Shown here one piece after another: positions 1 through 7,997 of a DNA stretch of 14,155 nt. Below the pieces are notes generated by a model. The model was given only the letters and a program-made list of their open reading frames with translations, did no database searches and was not told the origin of the DNA. The DNA lies in NCBI GenBank assembly GCA_038257035.1, contig JBBSJT010000063.1:1-14155 (forward strand), written 5' to 3'. How positions within the stretch are numbered: position 1 is the first letter of the stretch; every line of letters begins with the position of its first letter. A program made the translations under genes and the position numbers. The stretch is from Chlamydiia bacterium (GTDB lineage: Bacteria > Chlamydiota > Chlamydiia > Chlamydiales > Parachlamydiaceae).

Positions 1-27
1 AGAAGTCAACTTCCCTTTATCAGACAT

Positions 28-54
28 TATACTCATGCTACTTGAAATTAGAAA
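28..54. mobile_element. MITE-like terminal repeat next to P1
   Basis: TATACTCATGCTACTTG (28-44) matches TATACTGATGCTACTTG (13651-13667) at 16/17 positions. The latter is the left TIR of the 13649-13853 element. Confidence 0.65.
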
Positions 55-56
55 GT

Positions 57-174
57 TTTAGATTTTTTACCAGTGAGACAGTGAGTAAGACATGAGATCA
101 GTGAGAAGTTGTGAATTCATTGCCTCTCACTGTCCTCATGTCTTTCTCACTGTCTCACTGGTAAAAAATCTAAA
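57..174. repeat. Long intergenic palindrome P1 (AGTGAG-type REPIN/MITE-like element)
   Basis: Arms 57-106 and 125-174 are reverse complements at 47/50 positions, with an 18-nt spacer. The arm starts TTTAGATTTTTTACCAGTGAGACAGTGAG. It is closely related to the element at 5318-5425. Confidence 0.92.
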
Positions 175-210
175 TGTGTATATCTGGAATCGGTATGTTT
201 ATTTTTGGGC

Positions 211-249
211 AAAAAAAAGCCCGGGAATCTTTAAAAAGATGCCGGGCTT
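211..249 (-). terminator. Rho-independent terminator of the NTT gene
   Basis: Stem AAGCCCGG..ATCTTT / AAAGAT.CCGGGCTT. The A8 run at 211-218 is the U-tract on the minus strand, and the hairpin lies about 20 nt past the stop at 269. Confidence 0.85.
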
Positions 250-268
250 ATAAGAGACAACTAACTGC

Positions 269-1867
269 TTATGAAGCAGCAGCTGCTTCTTGGTTTTGTG
301 CATTTTCAGCAGGAGCTGCTTTAGCTTCTGCTTTCTTCTCTGTAAGAGCTTTAAAGCGTGTGCTTAAGCCGAATACTGAGAGGATCCACAAGAATACAAC
401 ACCAACTGCAATTGGAGCAATAATTGGTACTAGCTGATAAAGTGCGCTTCCTGAAAACAGTGTGAGCAAGCCCATCTGAATGTAAGAACCTGCAGATTTA
501 CCACCACGACCGCCGATTACGTCAACAGCAGCTTTACCTTTAACCTTTAATTCAGGATCTAAAGGAATGTAGGCCATTTCTTTTGTCGGATCAAAAAGAG
601 AGTATTTAACAGCTTTACCGAATGCGTTAACAAACAGGCCAAGACCTACTGCGTAAACGATCAGTTCTTTGTTAATAACACCTTCCTTAATCGCTGTAAT
701 AATAGACATTCCTTCAGGAAGTAAAGTATTGTTGTAATAAATTACGCCAAAGAATGCTAGGATTCCTGTGATTAAAACAGCAGGTGTAATAAGAGCACAT
801 GTACGCCAGCTAAGAGCACGTAGAAGATTGCTTCCAACTAACATTAAGATAATAGCAATACCACCTGTTACAGTCGATAGTCCGCCCATAACTTTGTTGT
901 ATTCAAGTTCTGTTGGGTAGGCAATCTTAATTTGACCTTTCCAAACTGCTTCAAATAGGTTAATTGACATACCGTAAGCTAATACAAGCATTGCAATCAA
1001 ACCAAGGTATGGAGATTGAAGGATCAGTTTAAAACTGTCAGCCATTGAAAGTTTAGCTTTCTTCTTCTTAGATTCGCCCATAGCTTCCGGGTTGTAATAA
1101 CGAAGATCTGTTAAGACATAACGGTTCATGTAGTAAAATGTTGAGAAAAGAACGATACCGGCAGCGATAACAAATGCCATCAACCACTGTAACATAAGAC
1201 CTGTAGCAGCTGAACGCTCTAGACCCATTCCATCAATTGTATGCGCAACATACATAATTCCAGGACCTGAAAGCAATAGGCCAAAGTTACCTAAAAATCC
1301 GAACATTCCGTAGAATCTACGAGCTTCGACAACCGGTGTGATTGCATTAGCAAATTGCCAGAAAAGTAGAGAAAGAATAGCACTTCCCCAAAGTTCAGAT
1401 AAAATGTAAAACAGTGTATATGTCCAGTTACCAACAAGCGGAATGATCCAAGTAAGTGTTGGATAAAGGGCTTGGTAGTGGTGAATTGTTTCTAAGCTCA
1501 TGTGAAGAGAGTCAACAAATGGATAGATACAGTAAGGATATAATCCAAAGAACACTAAGAAAGGTAACGCAGTTGCGTAAAATAGACCTTCGCGATTAAA
1601 CAAGTTAGCAGCTTTAGTGTATAGAATCATAAACAACACTGCTGATGCTGTTACGCCAATTCCCTTAGCAAAAGATAAACTTTCTGCGCCGGCACCCGGA
1701 GCATTAACCAAGATCGCATCTTTAGTGTCGCGCAATACTGTATAAATAAACAGAATGCAAAACATCATGATGCCCATTGGCAAGAATTTCTTAATTTCGT
1801 AAGAGTGTATTGGCCACACTAGCTTTCGCCAACCAGTAAACTCTTGATGATCAATTTTTTGTGACAT
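269..1867 (-). CDS. npt1: Nucleotide transporter of the NTT/TLC family (ATP/ADP translocase-like)
   Basis: 532-aa multi-pass membrane protein with NTT motifs WPIHxxExKKFLPM, LRDTKD, ELWGS, FWQFAN, RFY, KYSLFDPTKEMAYIPLD and KGKAAVDV. It occupies the CT065 position next to ddbA and ytg. The family is certain, but the npt1 symbol rests on synteny. Confidence 0.9.
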   Translation of the reverse strand: MSQKIDHQEFTGWRKLVWPIHSYEIKKFLPMGIMMFCILFIYTVLRDTKDAILVNAPGAGAESLSFAKGIGVTASAVLFMILYTKAANLFNREGLFYATALPFLVFFGLYPYCIYPFVDSLHMSLETIHHYQALYPTLTWIIPLVGNWTYTLFYILSELWGSAILSLLFWQFANAITPVVEARRFYGMFGFLGNFGLLLSGPGIMYVAHTIDGMGLERSAATGLMLQWLMAFVIAAGIVLFSTFYYMNRYVLTDLRYYNPEAMGESKKKKAKLSMADSFKLILQSPYLGLIAMLVLAYGMSINLFEAVWKGQIKIAYPTELEYNKVMGGLSTVTGGIAIILMLVGSNLLRALSWRTCALITPAVLITGILAFFGVIYYNNTLLPEGMSIITAIKEGVINKELIVYAVGLGLFVNAFGKAVKYSLFDPTKEMAYIPLDPELKVKGKAAVDVIGGRGGKSAGSYIQMGLLTLFSGSALYQLVPIIAPIAVGVVFLWILSVFGLSTRFKALTEKKAEAKAAPAENAQNQEAAAAS

Positions 1868-1960
1868 AAAAATTTCCTTATATTTTGTTCTAGACTAAAA
1901 AAATCTTTTATATGATCTGATAAGTCATAGTCGGCGACTTTATCGCCTTTTAATGCTTTA

Positions 1961-1989
1961 ATTATCACACAAACAAGAATAATTGTCAA
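1961..1989 (-). promoter_or_regulatory. Sigma66/sigma70-type promoter for the NTT gene
   Basis: On the minus strand: TTGACA (1989-1984), 17-nt spacer, GATAAT (1966-1961), with an extended -10 TG motif (TGTGATAAT). Confidence 0.7.
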
Positions 1990-2121
1990 TTAAAAATTGA
2001 AAAACTGAAGATCCGGTGTAACCAATTCTCTCTGAAAAACACCCTAATAATTTTAACCAAAGAGTTGTTAATTTTAAAAAAAATAATCTTACTATTTTGA
2101 AAGGGTAAAAGAAGAGAGGAT

Positions 2122-2174
2122 AAAAAAAAAAAGAAGCTTTAGGGCGAAAGTTACTTTCGCCCGTAAAAGCTTCT
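2122..2174 (-). terminator. Rho-independent terminator of the ddbA-like gene
   Basis: Stem AGAAGCTTT.GGGCGAAAGT / ACTTTCGCCC..AAAAGCTTCT, with an 11-nt A run (U-tract on the minus strand), just past the stop at 2197. Confidence 0.85.
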
Positions 2175-2196
2175 AAAAGATAAGACTTAATATAAA

Positions 2197-2709
2197 TTAA
2201 GCAACAACCGGTGTAGATGCCAATGCATTAGCGCTATTGACGATTTCTACATATGACTGCCATAGATCATGATCAGTTTGTCCGCGTCTGATTGAAGAAA
2301 GAAGCTCTTTCTTAACTGAACGTAGATCTTTTTTCGGTGTGAGCTTACGGATCATTTCGCGATCGCCTGCATTTCTTGCAATGAAAAGCATTCTATCAAT
2401 ATCTTGCTTCGTGAATAAAATTTGATCACGACGCTTACGTGAACCGCGAGCAGCTCTTGGCTTAGGAGAAACATTAGTCGGCTTATCAACATTAACGATA
2501 TATTTGTTGATCATAGCTTGTAATTTTTCAGGCTCTTCAGTTCTCATTTTTCTCATTGTAAAATGGTGAATGTAGCCAACTCCTGTAGGGGAAGGAATAT
2601 AACGGCAAATGTCGTTTTCTTTCTTTCCGCTAACTTTTTTTGTTGCATTAGCAATTAGACTGTCTAATTGTTTTAAGTCGATTTTTGTTTTTTCTTGTGT
2701 TGAGCTCAT
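2197..2709 (-). CDS. ddbA: Chlamydiae-specific basic protein, CT066/DdbA-like (putative DNA-binding)
   Basis: 170 aa with KENDICRYIP, GYIHHFT and PKPRAARGSRKRRD, which I recognise from the chlamydial CT066 family. It lies between the NTT gene and the ytg operon, as in Chlamydia. Confidence 0.78.
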   Translation of the reverse strand: MSSTQEKTKIDLKQLDSLIANATKKVSGKKENDICRYIPSPTGVGYIHHFTMRKMRTEEPEKLQAMINKYIVNVDKPTNVSPKPRAARGSRKRRDQILFTKQDIDRMLFIARNAGDREMIRKLTPKKDLRSVKKELLSSIRRGQTDHDLWQSYVEIVNSANALASTPVVA

Positions 2710-2820
2710 TGGTCTAACCTACCTATATTTTTGGTTTACTTCTATTTTAATAATATTCAAAAAGATTATGCGTCTTTTAACAACACCTTTTTTTAATCGA
2801 ATCTTAGTTTACTAATGTCA

Positions 2821-2849
2821 ATTATATGGATATATCTTTTTTTTTGCAA
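2821..2849 (-). promoter_or_regulatory. Sigma66-type promoter for the ddbA-like gene
   Basis: On the minus strand: TTGCAA (2849-2844), 17-nt spacer, TATAAT (2826-2821). Confidence 0.6.
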
Positions 2850-3108
2850 CATAAAAATAATTAAGTATCTATATTTTTATAAAAGTTATGTATGCCTATC
2901 TACTAAATTTCATTATCAAACTATTAAAACAGAGTTTTCAATCTTGAATCAGACAATTATCGGATCCATATCAATCATTTAAAATTCTCATAAAAAGACC
3001 CTTTCCATAGCTATCCTTTTAGAATTAAACAAATTGCCATAATTATCCAATTATACGCAACATATATTCGCCTTTTTTCTGATCAATTGAAAATCGTTAG
3101 AGTATACA

Positions 3109-3137
3109 TTGATGAGAATATGAGAATAAGATAGAAT
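3109..3137 (+). promoter_or_regulatory. Putative sigma66-type promoter for the mrp-DUF971-ytg operon
   Basis: TTGATG (3109-3114), 17-nt spacer, TAGAAT (3132-3137). A GAGGA RBS at 3157-3161 precedes the ATG at 3167. Confidence 0.55.
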
Positions 3138-3166
3138 TAGAGACAATTAATATAATGAGGAATTAA

Positions 3167-4024
3167 ATGCCTTTGAACATGTACGAAAAAATTGAACCAG
3201 TTTCAAAGATCAAACATATAATAGGAATTGCTGCAGGAAAAGGCGGAGTTGGAAAATCAACAATAACTGTTAATTTAGCATTAAGTTTAAAAAAAATGGG
3301 TTATTCAGTTGCCGTATTAGATACTGATATTTACGGGCCGTCAGTCAGAATGATGCTTCCCGAGGAGCGGATGCCTGTACAAAAAGGTGAAACAATTATT
3401 CCTGCCCTTTGCAAGGGAATTCCTATGATTTCAATGGCTTATTTTAAACCCGACAATCAAGCATCTGTTGTAAGAGCTCCTATTGCAAATGGTATTATTA
3501 AACAATTTTTGAAAAATGTGCAATGGGGAGAGCTTGATTATCTTCTGATCGATTTTCCTCCGGGAACAGGAGACATTCAACTGACTCTTTCCCAAGAAGC
3601 TAATTTAACAGGAGTTGTCATGGTTACAACGCCACAAAATGTGGCGATGATGGATGTTAGAAAAGCGATGAATATGTTTGAACAGGTACGTATCCCGATT
3701 ATTGGGATAGTTGAAAATATGAGTTATTTCTTGGGAGAAAACAGTGAAGAAAAAGTTTACATTTTTGGGAAGGGCGGTGGTGAACTTTTAAGTCGCGAAT
3801 CAGGGGTGCCGTTTCTTGGCAGCGTCCCTCTTCATCCAAAAATTTGTGAGTGCGGCGATCTTGGTAAATCTTTATTTGAAGAAGATCAATTACCTCTTAA
3901 TAACAACTTTAGGGAAATTACAAATCAGATGATTCTCCATGTTAATCTTTTAAAAGATCAATCGAAAGAGCCACTAAAAAGCTTCAATTTAAAATGGAAG
4001 GAAATGTCAAACAATGAATCATAA
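3167..4024 (+). CDS. mrp: Mrp/ApbC/NBP35-family P-loop NTPase (Fe-S cluster carrier)
   Basis: Deviant Walker A GKGGVGKST, plus DTDIYGPS, WGELDYLLIDFPPGTGD, VTTPQ, GIVENMS and IFGKGG, with a good RBS. Confidence 0.93.
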   Translation: MPLNMYEKIEPVSKIKHIIGIAAGKGGVGKSTITVNLALSLKKMGYSVAVLDTDIYGPSVRMMLPEERMPVQKGETIIPALCKGIPMISMAYFKPDNQASVVRAPIANGIIKQFLKNVQWGELDYLLIDFPPGTGDIQLTLSQEANLTGVVMVTTPQNVAMMDVRKAMNMFEQVRIPIIGIVENMSYFLGENSEEKVYIFGKGGGELLSRESGVPFLGSVPLHPKICECGDLGKSLFEEDQLPLNNNFREITNQMILHVNLLKDQSKEPLKSFNLKWKEMSNNES

Positions 4025-4310
4025 AGCTTTTATTGTAAAAAAAATTGATCAGCTAGATAATTATACATTTTCGATAGAATGGGCGGATGGTGTTGTGACA
4101 AAATATCGTTTAAGCGATCTTCAAAGGGCATGTCCATGTGCAAACTGTACGGATGAAAAGTCAGTCACAGCTAAAAAAGACGATCTTAAAAATGATGTTT
4201 CCGCTGTCAATATTACAAGTGTTGGTAGATATGCATTACGCATTCAATTCACAAAAGGCTGCTCGCAAGGAATTTTTGGGTTTGATATGTTAAGAGGGAC
4301 AGCTACATGA
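4014..4310 (+). CDS. DUF971 / gamma-butyrobetaine hydroxylase N-terminal-like protein
   Basis: 98 aa with IEWADG, LQRACPCANC, VGRYALRIQF and GIFGFDML, typical of DUF971. It overlaps mrp by 11 nt and ytgA by 4 nt (ATGA). Confidence 0.85.
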   Translation: MNHKAFIVKKIDQLDNYTFSIEWADGVVTKYRLSDLQRACPCANCTDEKSVTAKKDDLKNDVSAVNITSVGRYALRIQFTKGCSQGIFGFDMLRGTAT

Positions 4311-5284
4311 AGAAATTGATTTTTCTAATGCTGTTGTTTGTTGTTTCCTGCTCAACAGATAGTTCAAGAAGCCACCAGGAGAAGGAGAGAGAATGGAACA
4401 ATAAAAATGGAAAAATCAAAGTGTTATCTTCCATTGCAATGATTAACGAGCTTGTTAAAGAAATTGGTGGCGAATATATAGACAGCAATACTTTAATCAA
4501 GGGAGATCTTGATCCTCATTCCTATCAGTTGGTTAAAGGCGATGATGAAAAACTTAAAAAGGCTGACCTGATTTTTTTTAATGGTCTTGGACTTGAGCAT
4601 GGTCCTAGCTTACAAAAATATCTTTACAACAGTGAAAAAGCTATTGCCCTTGGTAACGAAATCGGTTCTGCAAATCCATCCTTAATTTTACAACAAAACG
4701 GTCAAATCGATCCCCACATTTGGATGGATATTGCCCTTTTTGCAAAATCGATCCCCTTTATTGTTAAAGCTCTTAGTGAAAAAGATCCTGCACATCAGAG
4801 TTACTATGAAAATCGGGCAATTGCATTACAAAACGAGCTGTTGCAAAATGATCAAGAAATTCGTGATTTACTTTTACAAATCCCTGAAAATAAGCGTTAT
4901 CTTGTAACAAGTCACGATGCTTTTAATTATTTTACAAGAACATATCTTGCGACTGAGGCCGAAAAAACCAACAATGATTGGCAAAAACGATTTGCAGCTC
5001 CTGAAGGTTTAGCACCTGAAAGCCAGATTAGTGCATCGGATATTCAATTTATTATTGATTACTTAGCAAAATATCAAATTCATGTTGTGTTTCCTGAATC
5101 TAATGTGAGTCAAGATTCCATTCGTAAAATTGTTCTTGCGGGAAAGGAAAAAGGACTTGAATTAACGATTGCAACAGATTATCTTTATGGCGATGCCATG
5201 GGATCAGAGGGGAGCGATGGAGACACTTATCTGAAAATGATTAGACATAATGCTGCCGTCATTGAAAAGTATTTAAAAAAATAG
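4307..5284 (+). CDS. ytgA: Metal (Fe/Mn/Zn) ABC transporter substrate-binding lipoprotein, TroA/YtgA
   Basis: Signal peptide with lipobox VVSC, and cluster A-I motifs DPHSY, NGLGLEH, DPHIWMD, VTSHDAFNYF and YGD. Confidence 0.93.
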   Translation: MKKLIFLMLLFVVSCSTDSSRSHQEKEREWNNKNGKIKVLSSIAMINELVKEIGGEYIDSNTLIKGDLDPHSYQLVKGDDEKLKKADLIFFNGLGLEHGPSLQKYLYNSEKAIALGNEIGSANPSLILQQNGQIDPHIWMDIALFAKSIPFIVKALSEKDPAHQSYYENRAIALQNELLQNDQEIRDLLLQIPENKRYLVTSHDAFNYFTRTYLATEAEKTNNDWQKRFAAPEGLAPESQISASDIQFIIDYLAKYQIHVVFPESNVSQDSIRKIVLAGKEKGLELTIATDYLYGDAMGSEGSDGDTYLKMIRHNAAVIEKYLKK

Positions 5285-5317
5285 GCTATTAACACTACGG
5301 TAAGGCAAAAGTTTCAG

Positions 5318-5425
5318 ATTTTTTACCAGTGAGTTGTTAAGAAAGACATGAGATCAGTGAGGGGTCTTGAAAGCCTAACTCCTCACTGACCTCATGTCTT
5401 TCTTAACGACTCACTGGTAAAAAAT
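5318..5425. repeat. Long intergenic palindrome P2 (AGTGAG-type) between ytgA and ytgB
   Basis: Arms 5318-5362 and 5381-5425 are complementary at 43/45 positions, with an 18-nt spacer. It shares ATTTTTTACCAGTGAG and AAGACATGAGATCAGTGAG with P1. Confidence 0.92.
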
Positions 5426-5477
5426 ATTATTGATATAATCAAATGAGATCGGCATAGAATTTTCAGAATGGAGTAAC

Positions 5478-6278
5478 GTGAAAAGTATGAAAGAGAAAAG
5501 TGAGACTATGAATAACCCGGTTTTTGAAGTGCATCAATTATCTGTAAATTACGATAAAACCCCTGTTCTTTTTGATATTTCTCTAAAAGTGCCAAACGGT
5601 AAACTTGTTGGTGTAATAGGCCCCAATGGTGCCGGGAAAAGTACCTTTATAAAAGCTGCCTTAGGGATTGTCAAACCAATCAGCGGACGTGTTTTGTTTT
5701 TTGACGAACCTTTGAAAAACGTGCAAAAACGTATCGCCTATGTGCCTCAAAGAGAGTCTGTGGACTGGGATTTTCCAATAACAGTCAAAGACCTTGTCTT
5801 AATGGGGCGCTATGGTCGTCTTGGCCTTTTTCGTTATCCAAAAGCGTCCGACTTAAAAGATTGCGCTCATTACTTAAATGTTGTCGGCATGACAGCCTAT
5901 GCAGATAGACAAATCAGTCAACTTAGCGGAGGACAGCAGCAGCGTGCCTTTATAGCGCGCGCACTTCTTCAAGAAGCTGATATTTATTTTATGGATGAGC
6001 CATTTTCCGGTATTGATATGGCAACTGAAAAAGTGATCATGGATCTTTTAAGAGAGTTAAAATCTAAAGGCAAAACAGTTTTTGTCGTTCATCACGATTT
6101 AAATACTGTTGAGAATTATTTTGATTATATGATTATGCTAAATATGCGTCTTATTGCTTGCGGATCCACAAATGAAGTTTATAATGCTGAAAACATTAAT
6201 GAAACTTATGGAAAACAACATAGTCTTTTTGATGAGGCCCAAAAGCTCATTCATGAGAAATCAAGAGGAATTAATTAA
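5478..6278 (+). CDS. ytgB: Metal ABC transporter ATP-binding protein, TroB/YtgB
   Basis: Walker A GPNGAGKST, YVPQR, signature LSGGQQQR, Walker B YFMDEP and H-loop VHHDL. The start may be the GTG at 5478 (GGAG just upstream) or the ATG at 5487 or 5508. Confidence 0.94.
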   Translation: MKSMKEKSETMNNPVFEVHQLSVNYDKTPVLFDISLKVPNGKLVGVIGPNGAGKSTFIKAALGIVKPISGRVLFFDEPLKNVQKRIAYVPQRESVDWDFPITVKDLVLMGRYGRLGLFRYPKASDLKDCAHYLNVVGMTAYADRQISQLSGGQQQRAFIARALLQEADIYFMDEPFSGIDMATEKVIMDLLRELKSKGKTVFVVHHDLNTVENYFDYMIMLNMRLIACGSTNEVYNAENINETYGKQHSLFDEAQKLIHEKSRGIN

Positions 6279-7651
6279 TGGGGAATAACTTAATCGGTTT
6301 CTCATCTCCTTTAATTTATTTTACTGATGCAGTTTTAAGGGCACCAACGATCGGTTGCATGCTGATGTGCTTAACGGCAGCTTTAGTTGGCGTTATTGTT
6401 TTTTTAAAAAAGCAGTCCCTCCTTGGAGAATCACTTTCTCATGCAGCATATCCAGGTGTCGTTATTGGTGTTCTAATTGCAGGAGTTTTTGGTTTAAATG
6501 AAGAGAATCAAAGCCTGACCGCATTTTTGATAATGGCTTCTGCTTTTTTAAGTGCCTTAGCCGGTCTTTACTGCATCTACTACCTTGTTAATAAAATGAA
6601 GATCAGAACCGATTCTGCCCTTTGTTTTATTCTATCCTCCTTTTTTGGAGTCGGCCTTACATTAGCAAGTCAAGTGCAATTTTCATACACTGCACTTTAT
6701 AGACAAATACAGACCTATATTTATGGTCAGGCAGCAACCATGACCGATGTGCATTCTTATATTTATGGATTTTTTTCATTCATTATTATTATTGTCATCA
6801 TTCTTTTTTATAAAGACATTCAGGTAATGACCTTTGATACAGATTATGCAAAGTCCATCGGTATCAACGTCAGGTCGATCAATACCCTTATTTTTATTTT
6901 AATAACCTTGGCTGTTGTTATGGGGATTCGCTCTGTAGGTGTTATTTTGATGTCAGCAATGTTAATAGCCCCGGCTGTTGCTGCAAGGCAATACACCAAT
7001 AAGTTGTATTTCATGTTCCCTCTAGCAGGTTTTTTTGGTCTTATTGCAGGGTTTTTAGGGAATTATTTTTCAGTTGAGATTAATTCAATTTTAGCAAGGA
7101 AATTTCCTGGAGAGCGTTTGATATTGCCAACAGGGCCTATGATTGTCATGGTAGCTTCCATTATTTGCTTATTGTCTCTTTGTTTTGCTCCTGAAAGAGG
7201 CTGGCTTCTTCGCTTGAGCCGCATGAGGCGCTTTCGAAGCCGCTGTATTTCAGAAAACTTACTAAAAACAATTTGGCGCTACTGCCACGCAGAAAATAAT
7301 GACTTGACCATTTCTTTTAACGAAATTGAAAAGTATCAAAGTTTTTCACCAATTTATCTGCGTTATTTGCTTTTTAAGATGTCTTACAATGGATTTCTTG
7401 AAAAATTAAATGGTGATCAATACAAGCTAACTAAAATGGGAAAATTAAGAGCTGAAAAAATCATTCGTCTTCATCGTTTATGGGAAGTCTACCTTGCGGG
7501 GTATTTGGGGATTGGTGTCGAGCGAGTACATAGAAATGCCGAAGAGATGGAACACATTATAACGCCTGAACTTGAAAGGGAACTTACATTTTTGCTCAAA
7601 GACCCAAAACAAGATCCGCACCATCAACCCATACCCCCACAAACCCTATGA
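6278..7651 (+). CDS. ytgC: Metal ABC permease fused to a C-terminal DtxR/MntR-type repressor (YtgC-YtgR)
   Basis: N-terminal ABC-3 permease (SLLGESLSHAAYPG, GQAAT, VGVILMSAMLIAPA). C-terminal DtxR domain (ENLLKTIW, LTKMG, IIRLHRLWEVYL, VHRNAEEMEH, DPHHQPIP). The start overlaps the ytgB stop (TAATG). Confidence 0.93.
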   Translation: MGNNLIGFSSPLIYFTDAVLRAPTIGCMLMCLTAALVGVIVFLKKQSLLGESLSHAAYPGVVIGVLIAGVFGLNEENQSLTAFLIMASAFLSALAGLYCIYYLVNKMKIRTDSALCFILSSFFGVGLTLASQVQFSYTALYRQIQTYIYGQAATMTDVHSYIYGFFSFIIIIVIILFYKDIQVMTFDTDYAKSIGINVRSINTLIFILITLAVVMGIRSVGVILMSAMLIAPAVAARQYTNKLYFMFPLAGFFGLIAGFLGNYFSVEINSILARKFPGERLILPTGPMIVMVASIICLLSLCFAPERGWLLRLSRMRRFRSRCISENLLKTIWRYCHAENNDLTISFNEIEKYQSFSPIYLRYLLFKMSYNGFLEKLNGDQYKLTKMGKLRAEKIIRLHRLWEVYLAGYLGIGVERVHRNAEEMEHIITPELERELTFLLKDPKQDPHHQPIPPQTL

Positions 7652-7677
7652 GCTACAACATACATAGAGTTATAAGG

Positions 7678-7707
7678 GATTTTTCTACCGCGAAGAATGC
7701 GAAGAAT
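7678..7707. repeat. Orphan half-copy of the P3 arm
   Basis: GATTTTTCTACCGCGAAGAATGCGAAGAA closely matches GATTTTTTTACCGCGAAGAACGCGAAGAA starting at 7727. Confidence 0.75.
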
Positions 7708-7730
7708 GGGTTATAGCGTTAGTGTAGATT

Positions 7731-7926
7731 TTTTTACCGCGAAGAACGCGAAGAAGCGCAAGCTTCGCTGCGGGAAGAAACGCGAAGGAAGCGCGCTTAA
7801 AAGCGCGAAAGAACAATCGAAAGAGTTCTTGCGCTTTTTCTTCTTTTTTTTCGCAGCAAAGCTGCGCTTCTTCGCGTCTCTTCCCGCAGCGAAGCTTGCG
7901 CTTCTTCGCGGTCTTCGCGGTAAAAA
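7731..7926. repeat. Long GC-rich intergenic palindrome P3 (GCGAAG-type) between ytgC and ytgD
   Basis: Arms 7731-7794 and 7864-7926 are complementary except for 2 mismatches and 1 gap. The arm begins TTTTTACCGCGAAGAACGCGAAG. Confidence 0.92.
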
Positions 7927-7997
7927 GTCCTCCTTAGCGGTTGTATTAATTTTTTTTGAGAGGAGTTGAATGTGTGTACTAACAAGAGAGCTGGCAA

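Noticed and set aside
1..45. Partial CDS at the left edge
   Set aside because: A + frame ending at TGA 43-45 and a minus-strand ATG at 27 are both possible, but they are too short to support either.
174..437. 87-aa + strand ORF
   Set aside because: Antisense to the 3' end and terminator of the NTT gene, with no recognisable motif.
2609..2815. 68-aa + strand ORF
   Set aside because: Antisense to the ddbA start, and a low-complexity Phe-rich translation of AT-rich DNA.
3080..3160. DtxR/YtgR operator near the operon promoter
   Set aside because: No convincing palindrome resembling TTAGGTTAGCCTAA or a TroR-type box, only weak AT-rich symmetry.
4303..4500. 65-aa minus-strand ORF
   Set aside because: Shadow ORF opposite ytgA.
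7697..7997. ORFs 7697-7969 (+) and 7797-7997 (-)
   Set aside because: Both are translations of the GC-rich palindrome P3, which is poor in stop codons. Composition is biased and no family motif is present.
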